From an uncultured Clostridia bacterium (GTDB lineage Bacteria; Bacillota; Clostridia; Tissierellales; Sedimentibacteraceae), in NCBI GenBank assembly GCA_964371035.1, contig CAYJLG010000001.1, positions 702 to 64,701 on the forward strand: a DNA stretch of 64,000 nucleotides, given 5' to 3'. Below are positions 21,122 through 32,067 of this stretch, in pieces; positions within the stretch are counted from its first letter, which is position 1, and every line of letters begins with the position of its first letter. The translations under genes and the position numbers were made by a program. The notes beneath the pieces were generated by a model, which had not been told where the DNA came from, did not search any database, and was given only the letters and a program-made list of their open reading frames with translations.

Positions 21122-23029
21122 ATGAAAAATATTATAGTCGGTACTGCAGGACATATAGATCATGGTAAAACTTCACTTATAAGAGCCTTGACTGGTAAGG
21201 AAACAGATAGATGGGAAGAAGAAAAAAGACGTGGCATTACTATTGATTTAGGGTTTGCTTATTTTGATTTACCAAATGGCAATAGGATCGGTATCATTGA
21301 CGTGCCAGGGCATGAAAAATTCATAAAAAATATGCTTGCAGGCGTAATTGGTATGGATTTAGTTTTATTGGTAATCGCTGCAGACGAAGGTATTATGCCT
21401 CAAACCCAAGAACATATCAATATATTAAACATGCTAGGAATAAAAAAAGGAATTGTAGTTTTAACTAAATGCGATTTAACTGATGAAGATTGGATAGAAC
21501 TCGTAAAAGAAGATATAAAAGAAGAATTGGAAAATACTTTTTTTAAAGATGCTGAAATTATTGAAGTTTCATCTGTTACAGGATCGGGGCTAGACGTTCT
21601 TACTTCTGCGATAGAAAGAATTACATCAGAGGAACTTGAAGAAAGAGATATTTATACAATTCCAAGACTTCCAATAGACAGAGCTTTTACAATTTCAGGG
21701 TTTGGCACTGTAATTACTGGAACGTTAATCTCTGGTCAAATTAAAAAAGGTGATGAACTTGAGATATATCCGATAAATCAAGTTTGCAAAATTAGAAATA
21801 TTCAGGTGCATGGACATGATACAGATAATTGTTATGCTGGTCAACGTACAGCAATAAATCTATCAAACGTAAAGAAGAGCCAGCTCTATAGAGGATGTGT
21901 AATTGCTCCTATGAATAGCATGAAAAATACAATGATGTTAGATGTGAAAATAAATTTATTAAAGTCGTCTAAACGTATGGTAGAAAACAGAAGTAGACTT
22001 CATTTATACACTGGTACTAGCGAAGTTCTTTGTCGAATCGTGTTATTCGAAAAAGATGTGTTATCTCCTGGAGAAAGTTGTTATGCACAGCTAAGGCTTG
22101 AAGAAGAAATTGCTGTAAGAAGAGGCGATAAATTTATTTTACGTTTTTATTCGCCTATGGAAACTATTGGTGGTGGAGTAATAGTAGAGCCTGTAGCTAT
22201 AAAAAAAGCTAACAGCGATGATGTTTTTATAGAAAATCTTAAAATTAAAGAACAAGGTTCCAAAGTAGATGTAATTGAAAGCAAGGTAAAAGAAAATAGC
22301 TATCTGATTCCGTCTATCACAGAGTTAGCTAAAATAACTGCTCTTTCGAAAGATGAAATAGATGAAAATTTAATTGAACTTGAAAAAGAGGGGAAAATTT
22401 CGATTTTCAGATTAAACAATGACAGTTTTATATGGCACAAATCTTATGAAGATGAAATGAGTGCAAAAATATTTTCAGTTATAGAAAATTTTCATGTGGA
22501 AAATAGGTATAAACATGGAATTAAAAAATCAGAAGTTAAAAGTAGGTTTTTACCTAAATTAAAACAAAATGTTTTTGATTCTGTGCTTAGCATTATTATT
22601 AAAAATAGCAAGTTAAAACTAGAAGGCGAATTTTTAAGTTTAAATGAATTTACAATTTCTGAAGATGAAAAATATAAAATTTCAAGAGAAAAAATTGACA
22701 AAAAAGTAAAATCATCTGGTTATAATTTTGTAAAAATTGCGGAAATCCTTGAACTTGATAAAGACGCTAAAAATTTAGAGGATATATTAAATTTAATGAT
22801 AGAATCAGGTGATATCATTAAATTTGAAGACGATGTATTTACATATAAAAAACTTGTAGATGATGCAAAACACGAGTTATTACAATATTTAAATCAAAAA
22901 AATAAAATTTCAGCTGCTGAATTTAGAGACATGTTAGATGCTAATAGGAAAAGCGCTATTTTGTTATTAGAGTATTTTGATGCTTTAAAAATTACTAAAC
23001 GAGTCGAAAATGACAGAGTTTTATTTTAA
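21122..23029 (+). CDS. selB: Selenocysteine-specific translation elongation factor
   Basis: G1 [10 protein letters not shown]3 DVPGHEKF, G4 TKCD, and a long winged-helix C-terminal extension. Confidence 0.9.
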   Translation: MKNIIVGTAGHIDHGKTSLIRALTGKETDRWEEEKRRGITIDLGFAYFDLPNGNRIGIIDVPGHEKFIKNMLAGVIGMDLVLLVIAADEGIMPQTQEHINILNMLGIKKGIVVLTKCDLTDEDWIELVKEDIKEELENTFFKDAEIIEVSSVTGSGLDVLTSAIERITSEELEERDIYTIPRLPIDRAFTISGFGTVITGTLISGQIKKGDELEIYPINQVCKIRNIQVHGHDTDNCYAGQRTAINLSNVKKSQLYRGCVIAPMNSMKNTMMLDVKINLLKSSKRMVENRSRLHLYTGTSEVLCRIVLFEKDVLSPGESCYAQLRLEEEIAVRRGDKFILRFYSPMETIGGGVIVEPVAIKKANSDDVFIENLKIKEQGSKVDVIESKVKENSYLIPSITELAKITALSKDEIDENLIELEKEGKISIFRLNNDSFIWHKSYEDEMSAKIFSVIENFHVENRYKHGIKKSEVKSRFLPKLKQNVFDSVLSIIIKNSKLKLEGEFLSLNEFTISEDEKYKISREKIDKKVKSSGYNFVKIAEILELDKDAKNLEDILNLMIESGDIIKFEDDVFTYKKLVDDAKHELLQYLNQKNKISAAEFRDMLDANRKSAILLLEYFDALKITKRVENDRVLF

Positions 23030-23050
23030 ATTATTTATTATTTTAAAATG

Positions 23051-23079
23051 TTGACAAATATAGAATTTGCAAGTAAAAT
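23051..23079 (+). promoter_or_regulatory. Sigma-A-type promoter of the orphan response regulator
   Basis: TTGACA, 17-nt spacer, TAAAAT. Confidence 0.6.
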
Positions 23080-23147
23080 TATAAGTAATGTATTTTTTGT
23101 AATAATCATATTACAAAATTTTAAAATTATTGTTTGGGGAGTTAATG

Positions 23148-23837
23148 ATGAAAGTATTGCTGGTTGACAACGATTTAGTATCTGTGAAAACTCTTAAATA
23201 TAGCTTAGAACAGGATGGTAGTGAAATCGTGTCTGTTGATGGCGGCTCGGAAGCTTTAAATTCAATCAGCAGAGAAGACTTTGACATCGTATTGTTAGAA
23301 TTGTTGTTGCCTGATTATGATGGTCTTGAAATTTGTAGGATTATTAGAGAGAAAAGTAGTGTTCCGATTATTATTTTATCTACTGTTAATGAAGATATGA
23401 ATAAAATATTAGGCTTAGAGTATGGTGCAGACGACTATATTACAAAGCCATTCAACCTTCTAGAATTAAAAGCAAGAATTAAGGCTATTCTGAGAAGAAC
23501 AAAATTTAACAACCAAAACTCTGGAGAACAAATCTTATTGATTGATGATTTTACCATAAATACTCTAGGCAGAAAAATTAGTATTAATAATAAAAATATA
23601 AATTTAACGGCTAAAGAATTTGATTTACTATTGTTGCTAGCTACTAATCCTGGAAAAATTTATTCGAGAGAAGAACTGCTTGGGACAATATGGGGATATG
23701 AATATTTCGGAGATTTAAGAACAGTAGATGTACATATTAGAAGGCTTAGAGAAAAAATAGAAAAAAAATCTCATGATTATGAATACATATTGACCAAATG
23801 GGGAACAGGTTATTATTTCAAAGGCAGTTATAAATAG
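23148..23837 (+). CDS. OmpR/PhoB-family response regulator (no adjacent kinase)
   Basis: Receiver domain (LLVDND, DIVLLELLLPDYDG, K in ITKPF) plus winged helix (LTAKEFDLLLLLATNPGKIYSREELL). Confidence 0.85.
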   Translation: MKVLLVDNDLVSVKTLKYSLEQDGSEIVSVDGGSEALNSISREDFDIVLLELLLPDYDGLEICRIIREKSSVPIIILSTVNEDMNKILGLEYGADDYITKPFNLLELKARIKAILRRTKFNNQNSGEQILLIDDFTINTLGRKISINNKNINLTAKEFDLLLLLATNPGKIYSREELLGTIWGYEYFGDLRTVDVHIRRLREKIEKKSHDYEYILTKWGTGYYFKGSYK

Positions 23838-23847
23838 CTGCCTTTTT
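23821..23847 (+). terminator. Rho-independent terminator after the response regulator
   Basis: AAGGCAG-N10-CTGCCTT followed by TTT. Overlaps the stop codon. Confidence 0.6.
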
Positions 23848-23870
23848 ATGATATATTTATTAGTATTTAC

Positions 23871-24824
23871 TTGGAGGATGCTTTGTTAAAATTAGGAATT
23901 GACTTAGGAGCAACAAATATTAAGATAGGTATAGTAAATGAACAGAATGTAATAATAGTAAAAAATAGTTATAAAACTATGCCTAATAGATTTTGGAAAG
24001 AAGTCATTAATGATATAGCAATGTTTTCGCTTGATATGATAAAAAAAGAAGGCTTATCGATTGACGAGTTTGAAAATATTGGTATTGGATGTCCAGGCGC
24101 AATAGATTCTAAAAATGGAGTAGTAGTATTTTCTAGTAATTTGATTGGATGGAAAATGACTCCATTAAGAGATGAACTTAAAAAGTTATTAAAAAAAGAT
24201 GTAAAAATTAGTAACGATGCTAATTGTGCAATTTTAGGTGAAGTATTAGCAGGTGCAGCTAAAGGTTATAAGAATGTTATCTTGTTTACATTAGGATCAG
24301 GTGTAGGTGGAGGCATTGTTTTAGATGGAAAAATCTTTGAAGGTGGAGTAGGTGGGACTGAGTTAGGTCATACTGTAATAGATAAAAATGGGATTAATTG
24401 TGGCTGTGGTAGAGTAGGATGTTTAGAGATGTATGCAAGTGCTAGAGCACTAATAAATCAAACAAGAGACGCTGCATTAAAAAATAAACAATCTTTGATA
24501 TGGAAAATGATAGGTGGAGATTTAAACAAGATAGATGGAAAAACTGTTTTTGAAACTGCAGAATTGGGTGATTTAGTAGCAGTGAAAGTACTTGAAAATT
24601 ATGTGGCATGTCTAGGAGAAGGGATTGTTGATATAATTAATATTTTCAGACCTGAAATTATACTTTTATCTGGAGGCATTTCTTCTCAAGGTGATAACTT
24701 GACAATACCTTTATCTAAGTACGTAACAGATAATTCTTATGGTGTAAGTGCATTGAAAATACCTGAAATTAGAATAGCGACATTAGGCAATGACGCAGGA
24801 ATAGTAGGCGCAGCAAATTTGTAG
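23871..24824 (+). CDS. ROK-family glucokinase
   Basis: LGIDLGATNIK and the ROK zinc motif CGCGRVGCLE. The start is ambiguous (TTG 23871 or TTG 23883). Confidence 0.85.
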   Translation: MEDALLKLGIDLGATNIKIGIVNEQNVIIVKNSYKTMPNRFWKEVINDIAMFSLDMIKKEGLSIDEFENIGIGCPGAIDSKNGVVVFSSNLIGWKMTPLRDELKKLLKKDVKISNDANCAILGEVLAGAAKGYKNVILFTLGSGVGGGIVLDGKIFEGGVGGTELGHTVIDKNGINCGCGRVGCLEMYASARALINQTRDAALKNKQSLIWKMIGGDLNKIDGKTVFETAELGDLVAVKVLENYVACLGEGIVDIINIFRPEIILLSGGISSQGDNLTIPLSKYVTDNSYGVSALKIPEIRIATLGNDAGIVGAANL

Positions 24825-24849
24825 TGATTTCCAAAGGAGTTTCTAATTT

Positions 24850-27300
24850 ATGAAACAAAATAATAGAGAATTTGTTTTGAAACTGTCAACTTTTATTGTT
24901 GATAAAAGAAACTTAATATTTTTATTCTTTATTTTGGCAACTATTTTTTCTGCCTTTTCTTTTTCATGGGTAGAAGTACAAGAAGATATCACTGTATATC
25001 TTGATGAAAATACGATGACTAGACAAGGTGTTACTGAAATAAATAAAGAATTTGTTACCTTGGGAATGGCAGATATTATGCTTAGTAATATTACTTATGA
25101 ACAAGCTGAAAAAGTGTATAATGAAATTAGCGAAATAGACGGAATAATGAGTGTCATGTTTGAAAATACAAACGAGTATTATAAGGATTCTACAGCGTTA
25201 ATATCTGTAACTTTTTCTGATACAGCAGAATCAGAAGTTACTTTGTCTGCTATGGATAAAATCAATGATATTACAAAATCATATGATGTTTCTGTTAAAA
25301 GTTCAATAGGGTTTGATATGATAGCTAGCCTAGCTGAAGAAATGGCTGTTATTACTATTTTGGCAGCAATTATTATATTTTTAGTTTTAATATTTACTTC
25401 TAAATCTTTCGGAGAGATCCCTGTGTTGTTTATTACCTTTGGGGTAGCTGCGATTTTGAATATGGGTACAAATTTTATTTTTGGCGAAATTTCATTTATG
25501 TCCAATTCAGTTGCAGTTGTCTTGCAATTAGCTTTAGCGGTAGATTATGCAATTATTTTTTGCCATAGATTTACTGAAGAACGTGAACATTTGAACTTAA
25601 GAGAAGCTTGTATAACAGCTTTATCAAAAGCGATTCCTGAAGTTTTTTCAAGTAGTTTAACTACAATTTCAGGACTTTTTGCTTTATCTTTTATGACTTT
25701 CCAAATTGGCGAAGATTTATCGTTTGTAATGATTAAGTCTATACTGTGTAGCTTAATTACTGTTTTTGCTTTAATGCCAGGATTGTTAATGATATTTGAT
25801 AAATTAATGACTAAAACAAAGCATAGAAATTTTGTTCCATCTATGAGAAAATTAGGAAATTTTGCAATAAAAACAAGGTTTATAGTTCCTCCGATATTTT
25901 TACTTATAACAATATTAGCAATTTATTTTTCGGGAAAAATTGATTATCAATTTGGAATTTCTAGCGCAAGAGCAGTTAATCCTTCAGAGTCACAATTACA
26001 AACAGATAGAGTTAACGAAAAGTTTGGCATTAAAAATATGTTAGCTATTTTAGTGCCTAAAGGTGATTACGAATCAGAAAAAGAGTTAGTTGAAAAATTC
26101 GAAAGTTATGATGAGGTAGACAGTGTGCTTAGTTTGGCTAATACAGAGATTTCAGATGGGTATTTTTTGAGTGACGCTTTAACTGCACGAGAATTTTCAG
26201 AATTTGCCAATATAGATTATGAACAAGCTCAGCTTCTATTTACTGCTTATGCATTAAACGATGAAGATTATGCCAACACGTTAGATCTTACAGGAAATTA
26301 TACAATTCCTTTTGCAGAATTAATGTTCTTTATTATGGAGGCAGCTGAAGAAGGTTATTTGGATACTTTATCTGGAATTTCTGGAAATTCTGATATGATG
26401 TCAGAATTAACTGAAAATATGGGAGATGAAGCGGAAGAATCATTTTCTCAAATTCAAAGTGAAAATTATAGCAGGATAGTACTTTTTTTAAATTTGCCTG
26501 AAGAAGGACAAGAAACGTATGAATTTCTTGATGTTATCGAAAGTGAAACTAGACAATATTATGACACTGTTTATATGGTAGGTAATTCAACAAGCACTAA
26601 AGATTTATCTTCAACTTTTACTATGGATAATGCAATAATTAGTATACTGTCAGCTCTCTTTGTTATGTTGGTATTGTTATTGACCTTTAAATCTACAGCA
26701 TTAAGCGTTTTGCTTATCGTTTTAATTCAATCCGCTATATGGACAAATTTTTCCTTACCTTATTTTCAAGGAATGGGAGTATATTTTTTAGGGTATTTGA
26801 TAGTTTCAGCCATACAGATGGGTGCAAATGTTGACTATGCAATTGTACTTACAAGTAGATATTTAACAGCTAAAGAAACTATGCCCAAAAATGAAGCTGT
26901 AATTACAGCACTTGACCAAGCTTTTCCAACTATTTTTACTTCAGGTAGTATTATGACTTCAGCAGGAATAATTATCCAATATTTAAGCTCTGATGGTTCT
27001 ATTTCTTCACTTGGAGGAGTTTTAGGTAGAGGAACTTTTATATCTATGGTTTTAGTAGTTTTTGTTTTACCACAATTGCTATATTTAGGCACAACACTTA
27101 TTGAAAAAACTTCTTTTAGCATGAAAACTAATATTTCTTCGACAGCAAAATCAGGAAAAATATCTATGCGTGGACACATAAAAGGACAAATTTCTGGTTT
27201 TATAGACGCTAAAGTTGAAGGAAGGCTGATTGGTGATTTTTCGGGAGTTGTAAAATCTGATAATGACATAGAGGAGGCAGAAGAAAATGAAGAAAAATAA
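24850..27300 (+). CDS. MMPL/RND-superfamily membrane transporter
   Basis: 816 aa with two blocks of about 6 TM, each preceded by a large extracytoplasmic loop. Confidence 0.7.
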   Translation: MKQNNREFVLKLSTFIVDKRNLIFLFFILATIFSAFSFSWVEVQEDITVYLDENTMTRQGVTEINKEFVTLGMADIMLSNITYEQAEKVYNEISEIDGIMSVMFENTNEYYKDSTALISVTFSDTAESEVTLSAMDKINDITKSYDVSVKSSIGFDMIASLAEEMAVITILAAIIIFLVLIFTSKSFGEIPVLFITFGVAAILNMGTNFIFGEISFMSNSVAVVLQLALAVDYAIIFCHRFTEEREHLNLREACITALSKAIPEVFSSSLTTISGLFALSFMTFQIGEDLSFVMIKSILCSLITVFALMPGLLMIFDKLMTKTKHRNFVPSMRKLGNFAIKTRFIVPPIFLLITILAIYFSGKIDYQFGISSARAVNPSESQLQTDRVNEKFGIKNMLAILVPKGDYESEKELVEKFESYDEVDSVLSLANTEISDGYFLSDALTAREFSEFANIDYEQAQLLFTAYALNDEDYANTLDLTGNYTIPFAELMFFIMEAAEEGYLDTLSGISGNSDMMSELTENMGDEAEESFSQIQSENYSRIVLFLNLPEEGQETYEFLDVIESETRQYYDTVYMVGNSTSTKDLSSTFTMDNAIISILSALFVMLVLLLTFKSTALSVLLIVLIQSAIWTNFSLPYFQGMGVYFLGYLIVSAIQMGANVDYAIVLTSRYLTAKETMPKNEAVITALDQAFPTIFTSGSIMTSAGIIIQYLSSDGSISSLGGVLGRGTFISMVLVVFVLPQLLYLGTTLIEKTSFSMKTNISSTAKSGKISMRGHIKGQISGFIDAKVEGRLIGDFSGVVKSDNDIEEAEENEEK

Positions 27301-30300
27301 AATTTTAATTTATTTTACAATGCTTATTGTTTTCTTATGTGTTTCGAATTTTCAGATAGCATTAGCAGATCAAATACAAGACACTAAAAAATTAGAGCTA
27401 TATGATTATGATGATCTAAAATTATTTGCAGAAAATTGCGTATATGATGGATATAGCAAGGGTTTGACAGTAATATTAATGGAAGATATAGATTTATCTG
27501 GAACCAACTTTGAAGGAATTCCAATTTTTAGAGGAACTTTTGACGGAAATGATAATTCAATTAAAGGTCTAAATATTAATAATCAGAAAGATTTTCAAGG
27601 TTTTTTCAGATATTTAACCACTGAATCAGTAGTTAAAGATTTAGAAGTAATAGGTGATATTAATTTAGGAAACAATAATGGTATTGCAGGTGGTATCGCT
27701 GGCGAAAACTCTGGGCTAATACAAAACTGTAGTTTTTCAGGAAATATTACAGGAAATTTTAAATTAGGTTCAATTGCTGGAGTAAATACTGTTAGCGGAA
27801 AATTGATAAAAGTTAAATCTGATGGTAAAATAAATGGAGAAACAAGCATTGGTGGCATTGTTGGGGAAAACTTTGGAAGCATAATTCAAGCTACAAACAA
27901 CACAGTTGTTAATGAAACTATAGATAGTACTATAGACTTAGAAATAGTAGATATAGGCGGAATAGCTGGAGTAAATACTGGAATAATTCAAGGCTGTACA
28001 AATTTATCAGATATTGGATATCCGCATATGGGATATAATATTGGTGGTATTATTGGAAAACAATCAGGCTATGTTACTAACTGTACTAACAAAGGTAATG
28101 TTTATGGTAGGAAAGACGTTGGTGGTATTATTGGTCAGATGGAACCTTATTCGTTCACTGTATACTCAGAATCTAAGCTAGGTCAACTTCAAAATGAGTT
28201 GAATATTCTTAGAAATATGATAACTAGCTTGAATCTAGGAATTAATCAAGATTCTGAATTAGTGAACACAAGTGTTAGTTCGTTAATTGATTCTGTTGAT
28301 AATGCTACGGCAGACGCTGAAAAACTAATTAATCAGACACAAAATATTGCTGAAGAAAATTTAGATCAAATCAATATCTTAAGCGTAACAATATCAGAAT
28401 TAATAGATAGATTGGTTCCATTAACAGATGAAATGACAAAAGTAGCTGGTCATTTAACTGAAGTCAGTAGATTGCTCTATTTATCACTTGATGAATTAGA
28501 CAGCGTATTATATGAATTACAAGGAATAGATAGTGATGTTGATGCAATTGATGTATACGTTGGACAATTATCGAAGGAAATGGATGTCGTTTCAGCTAAA
28601 ACTCAAGATGGATTAGAAGATTTTCAAAAAGCAATTGATATTGCGACTACAGGTGGAGCAATTAATGTTGCTAATTTGCCACAAGCTTTAATTCATCTAA
28701 ACGATGCAGCTGTTGACTTACAAGAAGCTTCTGTAGCTCTTGAAAAATCGATAAATATCATGGCGTCTATTTACAGCGAAATAAGCGATATTTTTGATGA
28801 TTTAAGCGATGCAAATTATGCTGCAAGAGATACTATTGAACAATTTATGGTTTTGGCGGAAGAATTAGAATTATTGTCTTATGATTTTGAAGATTTGACA
28901 ATAGAATTAGATAGTGTTGTTAAATGGTTAAGCGAACAACCTGATATTTATTTTATTGCACCTGATGATAGTTACGAAATATTAAAATCAAATTTGTCAT
29001 TATCACTAGATTCTATTTTTGAAAATTTGAGAAAAGTTAATACAACTTTCACTGATTTCATTCAATCATTTTCGTCAAATTTTGAACAAATTAATCAACA
29101 GTTAGGTATAGTTTCTGATAATTTATTTGAAATTATTAATGAAGCTACAGGATACGACTATCTATCTCCAATAGTATTGGAAGATATTTCTGAAACTACA
29201 AACAACATTACTGCGGGTAAAGTGCTAAATTCATATAATTATGGCAAAATACAAGGTGATATAAGCGTGGGGGGAATCGCAGGTTCAATTTCTGTAGAGG
29301 AAGTCACCGATAGAGAAGATGATTTTCTAGGAAAGACTTACGCTGATTTTACATCTACTAGAAAAGCTAATGCAGTAATACAAAAATGTCACAATGATGC
29401 AGATATTATATCTAAAAAAGATCAAGTAGGTGGAATTGCAGGCAATATGACTTTAGGATATATTAGTGAATCTACGTCTATTGGTACTATTAAAAGCACT
29501 GAAGGAATATATGTCGGCGGTATTGTTGGTAATTCTAACGCAATTGTACATAAATGCTACTCGAAATCTAACATTTCAGGAAATGAATATCTAGGAGGAA
29601 TCGCTGGATTTGGATATATAGTAAGAGATAGCTATTCGATGACATTTTCAAATTCTGATGTAGGATATTCTGGCGCGATATTAGGTTATTATGAAGATCT
29701 TGAATTGATAGAAAACAATTATTTTCTAAGTGAAAATTTGTCAGGTATAGATGAGATCAGTTATGAAGGTGTTGCACAACCAATATCTTATGACGACTTA
29801 AAATTGCAATCTTCAATTTTTGAGAAGGTTACTGTTGATTTTTTTATAGAAGAACAGTTAATCGATACGATTGAGATAGATTACAATGGTGATTTTCCAA
29901 TAGAAAATATGCCTGAAGTAAGGATTGTAAATGGAAAATATGGAGAATGGGATGAATTTCAGACAGAAAATATAACCATGGACATAGATGTACATGCCGT
30001 TTATAATAAAAACATTGCTACTTTAGCGTCAGAAGAAAATATTGAAGAGACAAAGCCTATAATATTGATTGAGGGAGTTTTTGACAATAACTATGTCTTA
30101 AATAATAAACAGATAGAAATTGAAAATTTTGTTGGCGAAGCATATACTATAGACAATCCTGATCTTTTGATAGACAAAGTTAGGTTTTTAACTAGTTTTG
30201 AGATTGATACATTAGAAATTTTGATTGACGATGCTTGGGAAGAGGCAGCATTTGAAATAGATGGTAATTACATTGTCTTTGATATTAGTGATGATATTGA

Positions 30301-30433
30301 TGATAGTATTACATTTAGAGTTGTTGAAAAAGATATGCTTAGCATTAAAACAATAGTAACTGCGTCTGTTTGCATACTTTTCTTTTTAATAATAATTTTA
30401 ATATTAAAAAGAAAAAGATCTTTAAATAAATAG
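27287..30433 (+). CDS. Large surface protein with GLUG-type repeats, central coiled-coil region and C-terminal TM anchor
   Basis: Signal peptide. Repeated GGIAG/GGIVG-x-N-x-G-x-I-x-N/C units in two blocks. The Asp/Glu/Leu-rich helical middle spans about residues 300-620. C-terminal TM plus KRKR. Overlaps the MMPL gene by 14 nt. Confidence 0.6.
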   Translation: MKKNKILIYFTMLIVFLCVSNFQIALADQIQDTKKLELYDYDDLKLFAENCVYDGYSKGLTVILMEDIDLSGTNFEGIPIFRGTFDGNDNSIKGLNINNQKDFQGFFRYLTTESVVKDLEVIGDINLGNNNGIAGGIAGENSGLIQNCSFSGNITGNFKLGSIAGVNTVSGKLIKVKSDGKINGETSIGGIVGENFGSIIQATNNTVVNETIDSTIDLEIVDIGGIAGVNTGIIQGCTNLSDIGYPHMGYNIGGIIGKQSGYVTNCTNKGNVYGRKDVGGIIGQMEPYSFTVYSESKLGQLQNELNILRNMITSLNLGINQDSELVNTSVSSLIDSVDNATADAEKLINQTQNIAEENLDQINILSVTISELIDRLVPLTDEMTKVAGHLTEVSRLLYLSLDELDSVLYELQGIDSDVDAIDVYVGQLSKEMDVVSAKTQDGLEDFQKAIDIATTGGAINVANLPQALIHLNDAAVDLQEASVALEKSINIMASIYSEISDIFDDLSDANYAARDTIEQFMVLAEELELLSYDFEDLTIELDSVVKWLSEQPDIYFIAPDDSYEILKSNLSLSLDSIFENLRKVNTTFTDFIQSFSSNFEQINQQLGIVSDNLFEIINEATGYDYLSPIVLEDISETTNNITAGKVLNSYNYGKIQGDISVGGIAGSISVEEVTDREDDFLGKTYADFTSTRKANAVIQKCHNDADIISKKDQVGGIAGNMTLGYISESTSIGTIKSTEGIYVGGIVGNSNAIVHKCYSKSNISGNEYLGGIAGFGYIVRDSYSMTFSNSDVGYSGAILGYYEDLELIENNYFLSENLSGIDEISYEGVAQPISYDDLKLQSSIFEKVTVDFFIEEQLIDTIEIDYNGDFPIENMPEVRIVNGKYGEWDEFQTENITMDIDVHAVYNKNIATLASEENIEETKPIILIEGVFDNNYVLNNKQIEIENFVGEAYTIDNPDLLIDKVRFLTSFEIDTLEILIDDAWEEAAFEIDGNYIVFDISDDIDDSITFRVVEKDMLSIKTIVTASVCILFFLIIILILKRKRSLNK

Positions 30434-30489
30434 ATCGACGCAAGGTTACAGAACCAATATTATGTAAACATTATTAAAAAGAGGTGCTT

Positions 30490-31173
30490 ATGAATAGATT
30501 GGAAACTATAGTTTCTTTAATTGATAAATGCAATATAATTGCAGATGTGGGGACGGATCACGGATATGTTGCTGAAATGGCATTGAAAGCAGAACTGTGT
30601 AAGGTAGTTATTGCATCTGATATTAATCAAGGCCCACTAAATAGCGCTATCAAACATCTAACGTCTATCGGACTTAATCATTTGACTGATTTTAGATTAG
30701 GTTCAGGGATTAGTGTTTTATCTGAAAATGAAGCGGATTGCGTTATCATTGCCGGCATGGGTGGAGAATTGATTGCTACTATATTAGAAGACTCAAAAGA
30801 TATCGCTAAGTCTATTAATTCATTTGTTTTACAGCCAATGACTAATATCTCGGCATTAAGAAAATATCTTTTTGAAAATGATTATACTATAAAAAAAGAA
30901 GTGATTATCAAAGAGCTGCATAGATATTATTTCATATTGAAAATTGAACATGGCAAAGATGAAGTTGCTGATGAAATTTACTTTGATTATAGTAAGTATT
31001 TATATAAAAATAGAGACATGTTATTTATGGAGTATTTAGAGTATTCATTAGAAAAAGAACTGTTAATTTTGGAAAATCTAAAAAATTCTGATAGTGATAT
31101 CAATAGACATAAATCAGTATTGTTAAATGAAAAAATCATGAAAATGAAATTGATGCTCGATTATAAACTTTAA
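30490..31173 (+). CDS. trmK: tRNA (adenine22-N1)-methyltransferase TrmK-like
   Basis: IADVGTDHGY and IAGMGGELI SAM-MTase motifs. ATG at 30490 follows AGAGG. Confidence 0.7.
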   Translation: MNRLETIVSLIDKCNIIADVGTDHGYVAEMALKAELCKVVIASDINQGPLNSAIKHLTSIGLNHLTDFRLGSGISVLSENEADCVIIAGMGGELIATILEDSKDIAKSINSFVLQPMTNISALRKYLFENDYTIKKEVIIKELHRYYFILKIEHGKDEVADEIYFDYSKYLYKNRDMLFMEYLEYSLEKELLILENLKNSDSDINRHKSVLLNEKIMKMKLMLDYKL

Positions 31174-31253
31174 ATTGATTAAAAAATGGATGTAGGTAAT
31201 TCATTCAAAGAATTTTAAAGAATGTATGAAACAGAAAATTGAAAATAAATAAT

Positions 31254-31289
31254 AAGGACACTATAATGGTATCATTATAATGTCCTTTT
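31254..31289. terminator. Hairpin terminator between convergent genes
   Basis: AAGGACACTATAATG / CATTATAATGTCCTT (one mismatch), followed by TTT. Confidence 0.6.
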
Positions 31290-31304
31290 ACAATTATCAA
31301 CATC

Positions 31305-31550
31305 TTAGCTCTTACTATAAGATTTTCTAGTAACATGATAGCTAACAATAGCTATAAAAGATAAACTTATAAACGTAATATATATATTGTCATTAAAATA
31401 TATATTGCCTATAGCAATAATTATATTGCTTATTAATAAAATGATTTCAAAAGAATATTTAATATTACTCTTGTAATTTGAGTATATTCTCCATGAAAGA
31501 TAAACAATTCCTAAAGTTAATAATATTAAGTTCATCGTAATCACATCCAT
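31305..31550 (-). CDS. Small membrane protein (3 TM), unknown function
   Basis: 81 aa, strongly hydrophobic. No family recognised. Confidence 0.3.
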   Translation of the reverse strand: MDVITMNLILLTLGIVYLSWRIYSNYKSNIKYSFEIILLISNIIIAIGNIYFNDNIYITFISLSFIAIVSYHVTRKSYSKS

Positions 31551-31638
31551 ATTATATATTAATCTTATAATTTTAATGGTATAGTGGGTCAGTTGTCAAG
31601 ACAAATATTTGTAACAATATATTATTGTAAATTATTAT

Positions 31639-31667
31639 TTGACTTTTACTAATTGTTTTTATATAAT
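31639..31667 (+). promoter_or_regulatory. Consensus sigma-A promoter of rnpB
   Basis: TTGACT, 17-nt spacer, TATAAT. Ends 7 nt before the predicted 5' end of the RNA. Confidence 0.65.
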
Positions 31668-31674
31668 AAATCCA

Positions 31675-32003
31675 AGAGTAAATCATACAATCGCGTGCAT
31701 TGCACGAGGAAAGTCCGGGCTCCATAGAGCGAGGGTGCCGGTTAATAACCGGTGAGGGTGACCTTAAGGAAAGTGCAACAGAAAATTACCGCCTGTAAAG
31801 GTAAGGGTGAAAAGGTGAGGTAAGAGCTCACCGGCGATTAGGCGACTAATCGGCCGTGTAAACCCCACCCGGAGCAAAACCAAATTAGGATTTAGAGTGG
31901 CTGCTCGTCACAATCCGGTAGGTAGGTTGCTTGAGCTTGTTGGTAACGATAAGCCTAGATAGATGATTGTTTAGTACAGAACCCGGCTTATAGATCTACT
32001 CTT
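31675..32003 (+). ncRNA. rnpB: RNase P RNA (bacterial; probably type B as in Firmicutes)
   Basis: Universally conserved GAGGAAAGUCCGGGC near the 5' end and ACAGAACCCGGCUUA near the 3' end. P1 pairing AGAGUA...UACUCU. GC-rich relative to its surroundings. Confidence 0.9.
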
Positions 32004-32067
32004 TTTTTATTTTCATTATTTTTTGTTGAATTTATAGTATGTAGAGTATATTTTGAAAGGTGATGTT

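Noticed and set aside
23030-23130. Expected a tRNA-Sec (selC) immediately after selB.
   Set aside because: The sequence is AT-rich and promoter-like, with no cloverleaf-capable GC-rich segment and no UCA anticodon loop context. I did not see one elsewhere in the window either.
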